Origin: a virus
Virus record (IMG/VR): IMGVR_UViG_3300042863_003045
Coordinates: 1-64,000 of that record
Direction: 5' to 3' (one strand)
DNA: 64,000 nucleotides
The notes under the pieces are model-generated. The model was not told where the DNA came from. It saw only the letters and a program-made list of their open reading frames with translations, and did not search any database. Positions 30,690 to 39,306 of this stretch are shown here, piece by piece (the first letter of the stretch is position 1; the number at the start of each line of letters is the position of its first letter). The translations under genes and the position numbers were made by a program.

Positions 30690-30857
30690 ATGTCAAGGGC
30701 AAAAGGTATAAATAAAGAAAAGGTGGGATTCTCTTTGGATAAAGAAGTTGCACTAGACTTACAGAATTTTTGTGAAGAAAATTCTGTGAATAAATCACAT
30801 CTTGTGAATAGATTGATAAAGAAGTATCTTGAAAGATCTAAAAAATGTATTGAATAA
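30690..30857 (+). CDS. Ribbon-helix-helix DNA-binding protein (55 aa, not in ORF track)
   Basis: MSRAKGINKEKVGFSLDKEVALDLQNFCEENSVNKSHLVNRLIKKYL. Confidence 0.65.
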   Translation: MSRAKGINKEKVGFSLDKEVALDLQNFCEENSVNKSHLVNRLIKKYLERSKKCIE

Positions 30858-30859
30858 TA

Positions 30860-31363
30860 ATGTCAAAACAAGTAATATGGACAAGTAAATTAGTAGAAGA
30901 AAAGATAGATCTTCTTAATATGGGAGAAATATTGAAAAATATTGAAAATCCATTCCATGAAAAGGTTGTAGGTCTTCGTAAATCTGGACTATCGTTCAGA
31001 ATGTCACAAAATGAAATAGATGAGTATATAAAATGTAAAACAGACTTACATTATTTTGCGGAAAATTATTGTTGGATAAAAGGAGAGAAAGGAGAACCTG
31101 TTAAAATAAAACTCAGAGACTATCAAGAAGAAATACTTGATAACTTTTTTAAAAACAGATTTAATATACTAATGTCGAGCCGTCAGACCGGAAAATGCGC
31201 ACATTTCAATACAATTATTTACATAGAAAATAATAATCAAAGATATTTTACTAGAATAGGAAGTCTGTATTACTATATTTTATCAAAAAATAGGAAATTT
31301 ACATTTTTGGAAAAAGTTAAAATAAAGTTATATGATATACTATTCCTACTTGAAAAGAATTAA
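30860..31363 (+). CDS. terL: Terminase large subunit, N-part + split intein N-fragment
   Basis: EYIKC..D.HYFAENY, LRDYQ (Q motif), SRQTGK, then Cys1 (CAHFNTIIYI). Confidence 0.85.
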   Translation: MSKQVIWTSKLVEEKIDLLNMGEILKNIENPFHEKVVGLRKSGLSFRMSQNEIDEYIKCKTDLHYFAENYCWIKGEKGEPVKIKLRDYQEEILDNFFKNRFNILMSSRQTGKCAHFNTIIYIENNNQRYFTRIGSLYYYILSKNRKFTFLEKVKIKLYDILFLLEKN

Positions 31364-31799
31364 ATTCATGAAAATAATAATAATTTTAATAAAATTCATA
31401 ATTCAATTGATAGAATCATTTGAATATAGAAAAATGGATCTAAATGAAGATGATTTATCAAAAAAGATATTAAACTCATTTAAAATATCTGGATATAGAA
31501 CTCTTTCTGATACTGGATTTGAAGAAGTTAGTCATATACATTTAACACAGCCATATAGAAATTATGAGATAAAAACAAAAAATAGAAAACTTATTTGCGC
31601 GGATAATCACATTGTTTTTTTGCAAGATTATAAAGAGATAATGGTCAAAAATATATTACCAGGTCAGAAAATAATAACTGAGGATGGTCCAGAAGAAGTT
31701 TTATCAATATCTAAAAGCCATTTTAAATCATCAATGTTTGATATAACCGTTGACCATCCTAACCATAGATTTTATTCAAATGGAATTCTATCACATAAT
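31196..31799 (+). mobile_element. Atypically split intein (IntN 31196-31360, 55 aa; IntC 31368-31799, 144 aa)
   Basis: C1 start; block B LICADNHIVF; block F MFDITV; block G FYSNGILSHN|T. Confidence 0.85.
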
Positions 31800-33581
31800 A
31801 CAATAACATCTGCAATAACCATATTGCATTTTGTACTTTTTAATAATAATAAGAACGTTCTAGTTACTGCTAATAAATTAGATACTGCAACTGAAATCTT
31901 GGATAAGATTAAGGAAATATATCAAAGATTGCCTTTCTTTTTACAACAAGGAATAAGAAAATGGAATGAGAAATTCATGTCATTTGAAAATAAAAGTCGT
32001 GTAAAAGGATTTGCTACTACAAAAACAGCTTCTATTGGTCAATCGGCAGACTTTTTATATTTAGATGAGTTTGCTTATCTACCTGATAATATTGCTGAGA
32101 AGTTTTACAAATCTGTTTTCCCGACTATATCAAACATTGAAAACTCTAAGATAATAATAACATCAACTCCAAATGGACATAACTTATTTCATAAGCTTTT
32201 AATAGATGCGGAAAAACCAGAAGGTGAAAAATCATCATATGCCGCAAAAAGAGTTTATTGGTGGCAAGTTCCAAAAAGATTTGTAACTTATATCAGAATG
32301 AATAAATCTAAAATGGATCATTTTAAAATTGAACCTGATGACATTTTAGATCACATAAAAGAGTCTTTCCCTAATAACAAATCAGAACTAACATTTGACA
32401 GTGAGATGAATAAATGGATTGTACATGTTTACAATTCAGATGAGTGTCAAGAAGAGGATGTTGCAAAACAAGTAATCAATGGAATTAAGATAATAGAAAT
32501 TGCTGAAATAACAACCTGGAAAAAACAAACAATAATTGATATTGGTGGTGAAGAAGCATTTAATACTGAATTTGATCTTAGGTTTATAAACGCAGCTCGA
32601 TCTCTATTAGACGAAGGATTGATAAAAGATCTGGATGACAATAAGAAAACCTTTGTATGGAAGGAAATTGATGAGTTAAGTGATAAGTTAAGATTCTCAT
32701 ATAAAGATTTGAAATGGCATCCAGATAATGAAATATATAATGAGCAACTAAGAAAGGATATTGATGTTGTGATGTCTGTGGATATATCCGAAGGATTGGG
32801 TCAGGATTTTTCAGTAATCAATATTTTCAAGATAGATCACAAACCAATTGAATTGATTCAAAGACAAAGTAGTAGGTATAAAAATATAAATGATTTTCTT
32901 CAACTAAAACAAATTGGAATTTTCAGAAGTAATATAATATCTGTACAAGAATTATCAGAACTACTTTATGTTATATGTTTCGAACATTTCAATTCTGATA
33001 AGGTTAAGGTTGTATTAGAAGTGAATACGTATGGATATGAATTGTTGGCACACATTCCAAATGTTTTTGAAGGAAATAATAACTATGGTTCATCTGTTTT
33101 TGTAAGATTTAAACATAGATCAGACGCAATAGAAGAAAAGATAGGACTAAAAGTTGGAGAGAATAAATTAATTATGGTTAAGGACTATCAAGAAATATTA
33201 TCTGATAGGGGAATATGGGTATCAGATTCAGGAAATATAGATGAGATGACAACTTTCATAAAACACACAACAAGTCAGGGCAATGTTACGTATAAGGCAG
33301 ATGGTACAAAAACTGATGATATGGTAATGACTATTGTTAATTTAACACAGATATTCAAGAAAAATGATTTCAAAGGAGTTGTTGAGGAATATTTTGATAA
33401 TATTGAAGATACAAATATTAAAAATAAGATAGGTGAGATATTAGATAAAATGTCATATGATGAAGGAGTTGATTATAAACAACTATTAGAAATAAGAAGG
33501 AGAAATGTTTCTAATAACCGAAGACTTTCAGAAGCTAGAAAAGGGTGGGGATTAGATGGCCAAATCTTCACCACCAATTAA
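31368..33581 (+). CDS. terL: Intein C-fragment + terminase large subunit C-part (start revised to 31368)
   Basis: SHN|TITSAI completes Walker A; YLDEFA Walker B; STPNG; VDISEGLGQDFS nuclease; DDMVM. Confidence 0.9.
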   Translation: MKIIIILIKFIIQLIESFEYRKMDLNEDDLSKKILNSFKISGYRTLSDTGFEEVSHIHLTQPYRNYEIKTKNRKLICADNHIVFLQDYKEIMVKNILPGQKIITEDGPEEVLSISKSHFKSSMFDITVDHPNHRFYSNGILSHNTITSAITILHFVLFNNNKNVLVTANKLDTATEILDKIKEIYQRLPFFLQQGIRKWNEKFMSFENKSRVKGFATTKTASIGQSADFLYLDEFAYLPDNIAEKFYKSVFPTISNIENSKIIITSTPNGHNLFHKLLIDAEKPEGEKSSYAAKRVYWWQVPKRFVTYIRMNKSKMDHFKIEPDDILDHIKESFPNNKSELTFDSEMNKWIVHVYNSDECQEEDVAKQVINGIKIIEIAEITTWKKQTIIDIGGEEAFNTEFDLRFINAARSLLDEGLIKDLDDNKKTFVWKEIDELSDKLRFSYKDLKWHPDNEIYNEQLRKDIDVVMSVDISEGLGQDFSVINIFKIDHKPIELIQRQSSRYKNINDFLQLKQIGIFRSNIISVQELSELLYVICFEHFNSDKVKVVLEVNTYGYELLAHIPNVFEGNNNYGSSVFVRFKHRSDAIEEKIGLKVGENKLIMVKDYQEILSDRGIWVSDSGNIDEMTTFIKHTTSQGNVTYKADGTKTDDMVMTIVNLTQIFKKNDFKGVVEEYFDNIEDTNIKNKIGEILDKMSYDEGVDYKQLLEIRRRNVSNNRRLSEARKGWGLDGQIFTTN

Positions 33582-34349
33582 TTCCAAATTTAATTCTCCA
33601 TCTTCAGACATTGTAACAATATCAGATAAATGTCCAGCACCAACAAAATAAACACCTGATGTACTATTAATCAAAAATAAATCTCTCATAGTGGTCGCAA
33701 TTCTTGCAAATTTACCAGCCATATTAGGATATTCTTTCCAATTTTCAGGCCATTGTAAATCTTCACCAATATCAAGGAATTTAGACAATGTTTCTTCATT
33801 AGATTCCTGTTTTGACATTTCAACAAAGTCAATATCATCTTCGCCGATTTCACTAAGAAACTTATTTAATTCAACTTCACCTAAATTAAAAATACCCATC
33901 TCAGCAGACCAATCTGGAATTGTTTTTAATAGAACATCAAAAATTGTATCACCTTCTTCAGTGTATTCTATAAGATTTTCTAATCTTTTGTTTTCTTTTG
34001 GGTTTGAAAATAATGAATAAAGAAATACATATTCTTTATCTTTTGGTATTTCACCACTTTCAATTAACTTTTTATCCCAAGAACCCATATATTTATCAGG
34101 ATCTAATTTATCATAAAATGATGATTTAGTTATTGCTTCATTATATTCCAATCCAATTCCTTCACCATAATAACCATATTTGTTAGCTACCTCAAGAATA
34201 TCACTAATCAAATCTTCAGATAACTCTAATGGTTCTTGGTGCATATCACCAACTAAGATTTTTTTATCATTAAACTTAATAACACCATAAGGAGCGACTT
34301 TTGAATTTAGATTAAATTCAAATAGTTTATATGTCTTTAAGTACTTCAT
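33552..34349 (-). CDS. Hypothetical protein with leader
   Basis: MKYLKTYKLFE; VGDMH, RD.FL, FVGAGHL (TraB/EreA-like pattern, weak). Confidence 0.55.
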   Translation of the reverse strand: MKYLKTYKLFEFNLNSKVAPYGVIKFNDKKILVGDMHQEPLELSEDLISDILEVANKYGYYGEGIGLEYNEAITKSSFYDKLDPDKYMGSWDKKLIESGEIPKDKEYVFLYSLFSNPKENKRLENLIEYTEEGDTIFDVLLKTIPDWSAEMGIFNLGEVELNKFLSEIGEDDIDFVEMSKQESNEETLSKFLDIGEDLQWPENWKEYPNMAGKFARIATTMRDLFLINSTSGVYFVGAGHLSDIVTMSEDGELNLELIGGEDLAI

Positions 34350-34426
34350 AATGATGCTAAAAACATTTCACTTTCTTTTTCTCTTCTATCTTGAAGTCCT
34401 GGAAATTTCTTACTAACATTAAATGT
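34346..34426 (-). pseudogene. 3' remnant of a GH24 lysozyme-like gene
   Basis: TFNVSKKFPGLQDRREKESEMFLASL*; matches the GLxxRRxxExxxF C-terminus; its stop overlaps the next start (ATGA). Confidence 0.5.
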
Positions 34427-34440
34427 TAAATTCTTTTAAA

Positions 34441-35289
34441 TCAAATATCACTTTTCAATTGTAAAGGTTTACAATTTTCTTGTGTAAAATCTTTTTCTAA
34501 AACCGGCATTTCAATACCATTTACTTTTAGGCTACCATTACCACAAGTAGCTTCTGGAATATATTGTTTAATAAAGTTAGCTATTTTGTTTTTTGAAACT
34601 AAATCCATACCAACTAATTTAACTCCTTCAAACTTCTTAGATTCACCATCGTTATAACCTTGCCAACTTTCATAGTATGTTGCTTTGAAGTCATTTTCAA
34701 TTGATTTTTTTAGTATTATTATACCCTCTTTATTAATCATAATTTCAAATGGTGCCTCTTCTTTTTCAAAGTTGTTGAAACTGGTGGCGATGGATCCAAT
34801 ATGGATATTATAATTTTTACTCCAAACGCCTTGGAATGAGGGGCTATCTATTTCATCAGCTGTATTAAATCTACCAATAAATGGCTGATGTTTTTCATCA
34901 AATCCAAGTTCGAGGTCGTACCAATCCCATAAATTATATTTATTATTTGCAAGTTCACCTATGATAAATTCAACTCTATTAAGAAAACAACCTTCGATTT
35001 CCTCTGAAGTAAAATAAAAATTCAACTTTTCATCACTAAATTCTTTTGCTAAACTATATCTTTTCTGAGATAATTCTTTATTTTGTTTATAAATAGGATC
35101 TTTCAACAACGGGTCCAACCTTTCTTCTTCTTCAGCTTTCTTTTTTTTATAGTTTTCTTCTTGGTTTCTTTGGTTTATCATATTATCAGCTGCTGTACCA
35201 ATCCTTTGTTCTTGTGGAGTATTTCTATTACCTGCTTTTCCAACTAGATACTCTGGACTAAGTTCTTCGTATGTTTTTAAGTATTTCAT
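34441..35289 (-). CDS. Hypothetical protein with leader (cassette cargo)
   Basis: MKYLKTYEE; own AATATATA box; bounded by GTTAAAT (34425) and the attC-like site. Confidence 0.65.
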   Translation of the reverse strand: MKYLKTYEELSPEYLVGKAGNRNTPQEQRIGTAADNMINQRNQEENYKKKKAEEEERLDPLLKDPIYKQNKELSQKRYSLAKEFSDEKLNFYFTSEEIEGCFLNRVEFIIGELANNKYNLWDWYDLELGFDEKHQPFIGRFNTADEIDSPSFQGVWSKNYNIHIGSIATSFNNFEKEEAPFEIMINKEGIIILKKSIENDFKATYYESWQGYNDGESKKFEGVKLVGMDLVSKNKIANFIKQYIPEATCGNGSLKVNGIEMPVLEKDFTQENCKPLQLKSDI

Positions 35290-35330
35290 AATTACAATTT
35301 TTTTATATTCTATATATTAATAAAAAAAAC

Positions 35331-35384
35331 GGTTAACAAATGATAAACAACATTAAAACGATTGTTTATCATCGGACGTTATAA
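35331..35384. mobile_element. attC-like integron recombination site (54 bp)
   Basis: GGTTAAC-AA-ATGATAAACAA-loop-TTGTTTATCAT-CGGAC-GTTATAA; perfect 11 bp arms between AAC and GTT. Confidence 0.7.
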
Positions 35385-35628
35385 GTAATTATATAAAAAA
35401 TAACCACCTACAAAAACAATAAGATATACCATAAACCCATACCACCCAATTTTATGAGACATCCTATGTAATCTCATTGTTTCATCACTTTGTTTTCCGT
35501 AAACAGGTGGCAATCCTGGCAATGACATAAAATAAAGGACTAAAAATATCAATCCCATTAATACTATAAATACTATAAATGTTAATTCTTCTACCATATT
35601 TTTATTTTTTTATATAACTACTTATAAC
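35378..35628. mobile_element. Gene cassette with complementary ends
   Basis: GTTATAAGTAATTATATAAAAAA (35378-35400) vs reverse complement of 35606-35628: 22/23 identical. Confidence 0.7.
35379..35597 (-). CDS. Small two-TM membrane protein (cassette cargo)
   Basis: Two hydrophobic helices; stop codon lies inside the TAAC core. Confidence 0.65.
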   Translation of the reverse strand: MVEELTFIVFIVLMGLIFLVLYFMSLPGLPPVYGKQSDETMRLHRMSHKIGWYGFMVYLIVFVGGYFLYNYL

Positions 35629-35675
35629 AACAAATATAAGAAATAAATTTTGTTTTATCTATTTTTTCTAATTCG

Positions 35676-36584
35676 TCACTCAACTGTTAGAATATAATTC
35701 TTAACACCCGCATTTGGAATAGCCAAAACATTTCCAAGACTCATCTGTTCCATCACCCATTTATGTCTCATAGGTTCTCTATTTTTAACCTTACCAGTTT
35801 CCAACCAAAGATTCATGAATCCACCCTTTGAATATCCTTCAAATTTAAATCCCAAACTATCCATACTATTTCCAATATTGTGATCATAATCAGAATAAAA
35901 CTTAATATATTTTACATTTACAACATTGTCTCCAATTTTTATTGTTTTGTGATTATTTAAGAAATGTTTCAATAATTTTGAAGAACCTCCTGATACATGA
36001 GAAAACCTTAGTGTACCAACTCTTATGATCTCGATATAATCATTATTCTTTCCAAAGAAATTCTTACCAAAAGTATATAACATAACCAAAGTTCCAGCAG
36101 GAATTCCGTTCTTTTCTTTTCTTGTGAACAATCCAAGATTTAAACTAGCTCCTCTTTTCCCATAAAAACAATTTATAGATTCAAACTCTCTTGCCACTTT
36201 AGAATCCACTATTCGTACTTCACACTCTCTCGCATAAAACTGATTAGGAGTTTTCTCAGCAGCGTGTAAGATATATGATTTTAAAACTTCTTTCTTATTC
36301 TCATCATTCCACTCAAAATCTTTTATCCAAAGTTTAAATGAGTTATTCTTCTCAGATTCAACACTTAGGTTATAAAAATAATTTTTATCAACTCCTTCAA
36401 TATTATATTTCGAATAAGCAATCGGAAATTTCTCAGAAGGAACATATTCTATTTGATAACTACGTCTTCCACCAGGATTATCATGCCACAAAGAGAAATT
36501 TAAATTCTCTCTTTTATAATCAATATTATTTTCATCTAGAAAACCTTTTATTTCTTCTATATTTTGTAAATCTTTTTCGCTCAT
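35676..36584 (-). CDS. Hef-derived protein: eroded nuclease + GNAT/Mom-like domain
   Basis: FYARECEVR, EIIRV, GGSSKLL, FYSD, LGFKF; lacks the EFNGxxWH nuclease motif and the N-terminal repeats. Confidence 0.55.
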   Translation of the reverse strand: MSEKDLQNIEEIKGFLDENNIDYKRENLNFSLWHDNPGGRRSYQIEYVPSEKFPIAYSKYNIEGVDKNYFYNLSVESEKNNSFKLWIKDFEWNDENKKEVLKSYILHAAEKTPNQFYARECEVRIVDSKVAREFESINCFYGKRGASLNLGLFTRKEKNGIPAGTLVMLYTFGKNFFGKNNDYIEIIRVGTLRFSHVSGGSSKLLKHFLNNHKTIKIGDNVVNVKYIKFYSDYDHNIGNSMDSLGFKFEGYSKGGFMNLWLETGKVKNREPMRHKWVMEQMSLGNVLAIPNAGVKNYILTVE

Positions 36585-36593
36585 TTTTTTAAA

Positions 36594-36875
36594 TTAATTT
36601 TGTTCAAGTGTAACAGAAAGACCGGAATTTTGCAACTTTTCTTTCATAATAGATAATTTCTCTAATTCTCCCCATTTAACATCACACTTTCCATTAAAAT
36701 GTACAATATTTGCACATTGTTCAGCTTGATGTAACTCATGTCCACATATTTTTATAAGACAATCTATAACCCAATTGAAAGAATTGTACTCATCATTGTG
36801 TAAAATGAGTTTATATGGCATTGACAATATTTCTTTAGATATTGATTTTGTCCTTTTTTTAGTTTTTGTGCTCAT
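36594..36875 (-). CDS. clpS: ATP-dependent Clp protease adaptor ClpS
   Basis: YKLILHNDEYNSFNWVIDCL...QAEQCANIVHFNGKCDVK. Confidence 0.85.
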   Translation of the reverse strand: MSTKTKKRTKSISKEILSMPYKLILHNDEYNSFNWVIDCLIKICGHELHQAEQCANIVHFNGKCDVKWGELEKLSIMKEKLQNSGLSVTLEQN

Positions 36876-36909
36876 ACGTGATTATATTGAATTTTTTAAA
36901 AAAGTTTAG

Positions 36910-37428
36910 TTAAATATTTTTGAAATTTGATGTTGTAACATCAATTATCTCTACTCTACAAGGTTGCTTTTTAGCCCAATCTTCAAACATAACCAAATGC
37001 TCTTGGCGATCGTCATACATGACAAATTCATCAGGATTGAACTTATTTATCAACTTTTCAAATAATCTGGTTTTAAAATGGTAGGTATCACCTCCTGTAT
37101 TCAAAGCAACAAGATCAAAAGAGAGATTATGATGATTCAAAACCTTTTCAACTTCTTTTCTAAGTTTTTCAACTCTTCCAGTTGCTAGTATAACCATAGT
37201 ATCAGCATCTTCTTCTTTTCTTACCATGTCCTCTAGATATTTTATATAAACATCTCTATCAACAGGAATATCAAAAATATCCAAATCCAAAGTTTCCTTT
37301 TTCGACCACCATCCTGTATAAGGAAAAACGGTTCCAGTTTTTTCTTCCCAAACCTTTTTTCCAATTTCTGGACCAGGCGTATGACAGAGTGTTCCATCAA
37401 AATCATATGATACTATTCTTTTAATCAT
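36910..37428 (-). CDS. HAD-family phosphatase (RNA-repair Swiss-army-knife-like HAD)
   Basis: YDFDGTL, LATGR, FK, MYDDRQEH. Confidence 0.8.
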   Translation of the reverse strand: MIKRIVSYDFDGTLCHTPGPEIGKKVWEEKTGTVFPYTGWWSKKETLDLDIFDIPVDRDVYIKYLEDMVRKEEDADTMVILATGRVEKLRKEVEKVLNHHNLSFDLVALNTGGDTYHFKTRLFEKLINKFNPDEFVMYDDRQEHLVMFEDWAKKQPCRVEIIDVTTSNFKNI

Positions 37429-37497
37429 TTTTTATATTTTTTTTAATAGAGGCTCATTTCTCATATATATACAAATATAAAAAAATATATTATAAAA

Positions 37498-37932
37498 ATG
37501 GAAATATTTAAAAAACTATTAGATAAAATTGATATCAAAACATTTTCAATTATCCTACTTTTAATAATGTCTTTAATTCTTGGTTTAGGATGGTTAAATT
37601 CAGATACCAGTAGCAAAAAACTAATAGATAAAATAGAAAAGGACAATAAAGAAATAGAAATAGAAAAGGGAAAACTATTAAAGGAAATAAAAAAATTAGA
37701 TACTAATATTGAAAAAGTCACAAAAGATATTCAAGAAAAAGATGATAAAATAAAAAAACTTGAAATAAGTTTAAAAGAATATGATAGGAAGCTATTACAA
37801 AACAATTCTGAACTAAAAAAGGAAAAAATAAAAAGATCAGAAACTTTGAAAAAAATAGAAGAGATGGAAAAAAATCCTATAAAAAAAGAAGGGAATCATT
37901 TAATTGAATCTATCAAAGAAAAAGTAAATTAA
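37498..37932 (+). CDS. N-terminal TM + coiled-coil protein (i-spanin-like)
   Basis: TM helix then long heptad repeat. Confidence 0.5.
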   Translation: MEIFKKLLDKIDIKTFSIILLLIMSLILGLGWLNSDTSSKKLIDKIEKDNKEIEIEKGKLLKEIKKLDTNIEKVTKDIQEKDDKIKKLEISLKEYDRKLLQNNSELKKEKIKRSETLKKIEEMEKNPIKKEGNHLIESIKEKVN

Positions 37933-37937
37933 CTAAA

Positions 37938-38555
37938 ATGAAAAAAATACTTACTTCAATAATAATATTATTATTCTCAATAAATGTGACTTTTTCACAA
38001 AATGAAGAATCTATCATAAGATCAGATACAACTATCTACGAGATCTCAGATGAGGATTCTTCATCTATTGAAACATATTCAAATGATTGTGAATATGAAA
38101 TACCAAATGGTGATTTCCCACAATATGTTACAAAAAATGATAAAACTATCGGTGTTATATTGACGATAAAACAATTACAAAATATAGACTCAGATCTTGA
38201 ACTTTTAAAACTATTCAAACAATTAACAATTGAATCTAAAAGTATAGAAGAATATTATATAACCATAGTAAATGATCAGAATTCTAAAATTATTGTATTA
38301 GAAAAAACAATTAATGAACTAAAATCACTATCAAATGATAAAGGTATAATTATTGAGGACCTAAAAAATCAAGTATCTAAATATAAAGAAGTGAATGAAT
38401 TATCTGATGAACAGATACAAAATGATCAGATAATAATAGAGAATCTAAAAAATGACTTAAAAAAAGAAAAAACTAAAAAAATTATTGGAATATCAACAAG
38501 TACCACTATAGGTGCTGCTCTTTTAGCTCTTACGATTTATTTGGGAATTAGGTAA
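37938..38555 (+). CDS. Signal peptide + coiled coil + C-terminal TM protein (spanin-like partner)
   Basis: MKKILTSIIILLFSINVTFSQ; C-terminal IGAALLALTIYLG. Confidence 0.45.
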   Translation: MKKILTSIIILLFSINVTFSQNEESIIRSDTTIYEISDEDSSSIETYSNDCEYEIPNGDFPQYVTKNDKTIGVILTIKQLQNIDSDLELLKLFKQLTIESKSIEEYYITIVNDQNSKIIVLEKTINELKSLSNDKGIIIEDLKNQVSKYKEVNELSDEQIQNDQIIIENLKNDLKKEKTKKIIGISTSTTIGAALLALTIYLGIR

Positions 38556-38605
38556 AAAACGAGTTTTTTATACTAATATATAGAATATAAAAAATATCTT
38601 AAAGG

Positions 38606-39232
38606 ATGAAACATATTAGAAAATTTGAAAACTATCAAACAAAGAAAAGAAGAGATGAGATTATCAAAGAAGCTGTAATGACAGTAAATGATATCTATAG
38701 AGTGAATACCATGATTGATATTCCACAATCTCTTATCAATGCTTATGTTAAAAAAGTAAAAGACACAACTGGAAAAAATCTTAAACAACTATTCGGTGAT
38801 GTTGTCATCGCAGAAGAAATTGTTAAATTCATAGCACAGAATTACTTGAATGTAGATCAGTTACCCGCTGGAGCACTAACTGGAGATGCTCAGATACAAT
38901 CACAGGGACAAGGTCAAATGCAAGGTCAAGCTCAGATGCAAACTCAACCACAAGGTCAACCAGAGGGACAAGGACAATCTCAAGTACAAGTACAGACACA
39001 AGGTCAGGCTCAAGGTCAGGCACAAGGTCAAGATCAGGCACAAGGTCAGGCTCAAGGTCAGGCTCAAGGTCAAGGTCAGGCACAAGGTCAGTCTCAAGGT
39101 CAGGCACAAGGTCAGGCTCAAGGTCAGGCACAAGGTCAAGGTCAGGCACAAGGTCAAGGTCAGGCACAAGGAGAATTTGAAGAGGTAGATGAAGAAGGAG
39201 AAGAGTCAGAAGAAGATGAACTTCCAATTTAA
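38606..39232 (+). CDS. Leader-bearing protein with Gln/Gly low-complexity tract
   Basis: MKHIRKFENY; (GQAQ)n; acidic tail. Confidence 0.7.
   Translation: MKHIRKFENYQTKKRRDEIIKEAVMTVNDIYRVNTMIDIPQSLINAYVKKVKDTTGKNLKQLFGDVVIAEEIVKFIAQNYLNVDQLPAGALTGDAQIQSQGQGQMQGQAQMQTQPQGQPEGQGQSQVQVQTQGQAQGQAQGQDQAQGQAQGQAQGQGQAQGQSQGQAQGQAQGQAQGQGQAQGQGQAQGEFEEVDEEGEESEEDELPI
38998..39171 (+). repeat. Coding tandem repeat CAAGGTCAGGC(A/T) (GQAQ)
   Basis: Mixed 12 and 18 nt units. Confidence 0.85.
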
Positions 39233-39255
39233 TAATTATTAAATATTAATTAATT

Positions 39256-39281
39256 TAAACCCACCAATAGGTGGGTTTTTT
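39256..39281 (+). terminator. Intrinsic terminator
   Basis: AAACCCACC-AATA-GGTGGGTTTTT. Confidence 0.75.
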
Positions 39282-39306
39282 ATTTTAAAAAATTAATATA
39301 TATGTC

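Noticed and set aside
31321-31370. terL break as a sequencing frameshift or group I intron
   Set aside because: The break lies inside an intein at a position like known split TerL inteins, with a clean stop and restart, and there is no room for an intron; read check still advised
34360-34419. Alternative mini-ORF MLVRNFQDFKIEE..., resembling the leader
   Set aside because: The lysozyme-like frame explains the DNA better (motif match plus ATGA coupling); no promoter box
35378-35628. MITE/IS interpretation of the terminal inverted repeats (also 59061-59580)
   Set aside because: No target-site duplication or transposase; ends are GTT/AAC and adjoin attC-like hairpins. Disfavoured, not excluded
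38829-39227. Alternative-frame ORFs (VPDLDL, KVRH, LTLC repeats)
   Set aside because: Shadows of the GQAQ repeat in 38606-39232
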